From assembly GCF_006345805.1 (NCBI RefSeq), contig NW_021828321.1, forward strand, positions 1 through 8,957: a stretch of 8,957 nucleotides of DNA, given 5' to 3'. Made by a program: the position numbers and the translations under genes. This DNA comes from Octopus sinensis (taxonomy: Eukaryota). Below, in pieces: positions 8,528 to 8,957 of this stretch (the stretch's first letter is position 1; every line of letters begins with the position of its first letter). The notes beneath the pieces are model-generated. The model saw nothing but the letters and a program-made list of their open reading frames with translations. It did not search any database and had not been told where the DNA came from.

Positions 8528-8847
8528 TTAACAGTTTTTTTTAAACACATTTCTCGCCCTAGTCCATGCTCGTTTCCTTTTTGTATATCTCACTATTTGT
8601 CTTGATCTTTTATATACTCGCTGCTTTTCTACGAAACAAGAGTAAACATTGCAGAACTGTTGTTCTAATGAGTGATGTGAATTTGTCACGTGATGAGGCA
8701 CATATGCACCAAAGGATACTCCTGAACTAATTGTTAGATGTCCCACGATTGAAGGATCAATGCTAAATATGTCGAGATAATTGTGATAAAAAATTAAAAT
8801 TCTCATGTATACCATCAGTCATCTTTCAATGACCATATATATTTAAT

Positions 8848-8915
8848 GTATGTGTGTGAGAGTGTATATATATATATATATATGTGTGTGTGTAGTTGTG
8901 TGTGTGTATATATGT
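8848..8915. repeat. (TG)/(TA) microsatellite
   Basis: Read directly. Confidence 0.85.
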
Positions 8916-8957
8916 AAGTGTAGATATCTAAGAGGATATGTCTATTTGATGGAGCAT

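Noticed and set aside
8644-8695. Plus-frame KHCRTVVLMSDVNLSRD, reminiscent of the LINE APE-endonuclease GDFN motif
   Set aside because: The key G and F are not conserved, the frame closes shortly after, and no other endonuclease or RT motifs are nearby.

Overview
Non-coding, AT-rich eukaryotic DNA with no convincing protein-coding gene, rRNA, intact tRNA or CRISPR array. The ORFs in the supplied track are mostly translations of microsatellites or SINE sequence. The window is dominated by two tRNA-derived SINE families and many simple repeats. Family A has about 7 copies. One is full length with a perfect 15-bp target-site duplication (TSD), and four form a head-to-tail stack linked by trinucleotide tails at about 2113-3311. 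Family B has 3 clear copies and 1-2 old relics; it has a CORE-like segment and an internal (TA)n(TG)n microsatellite. From memory these repeats resemble the abundant SINEs of octopus/cephalopod genomes; that is recognition, not a database result. The most interesting observations concern retroposon biology: apparent targeting of new SINE-A copies to (AAT)n tails with a recurring GTAATAAT junction, a module shared by both families with three different 3' tails attached at the same hairpin, and microsatellite seeding. I found no evidence for a novel protein-coding system.
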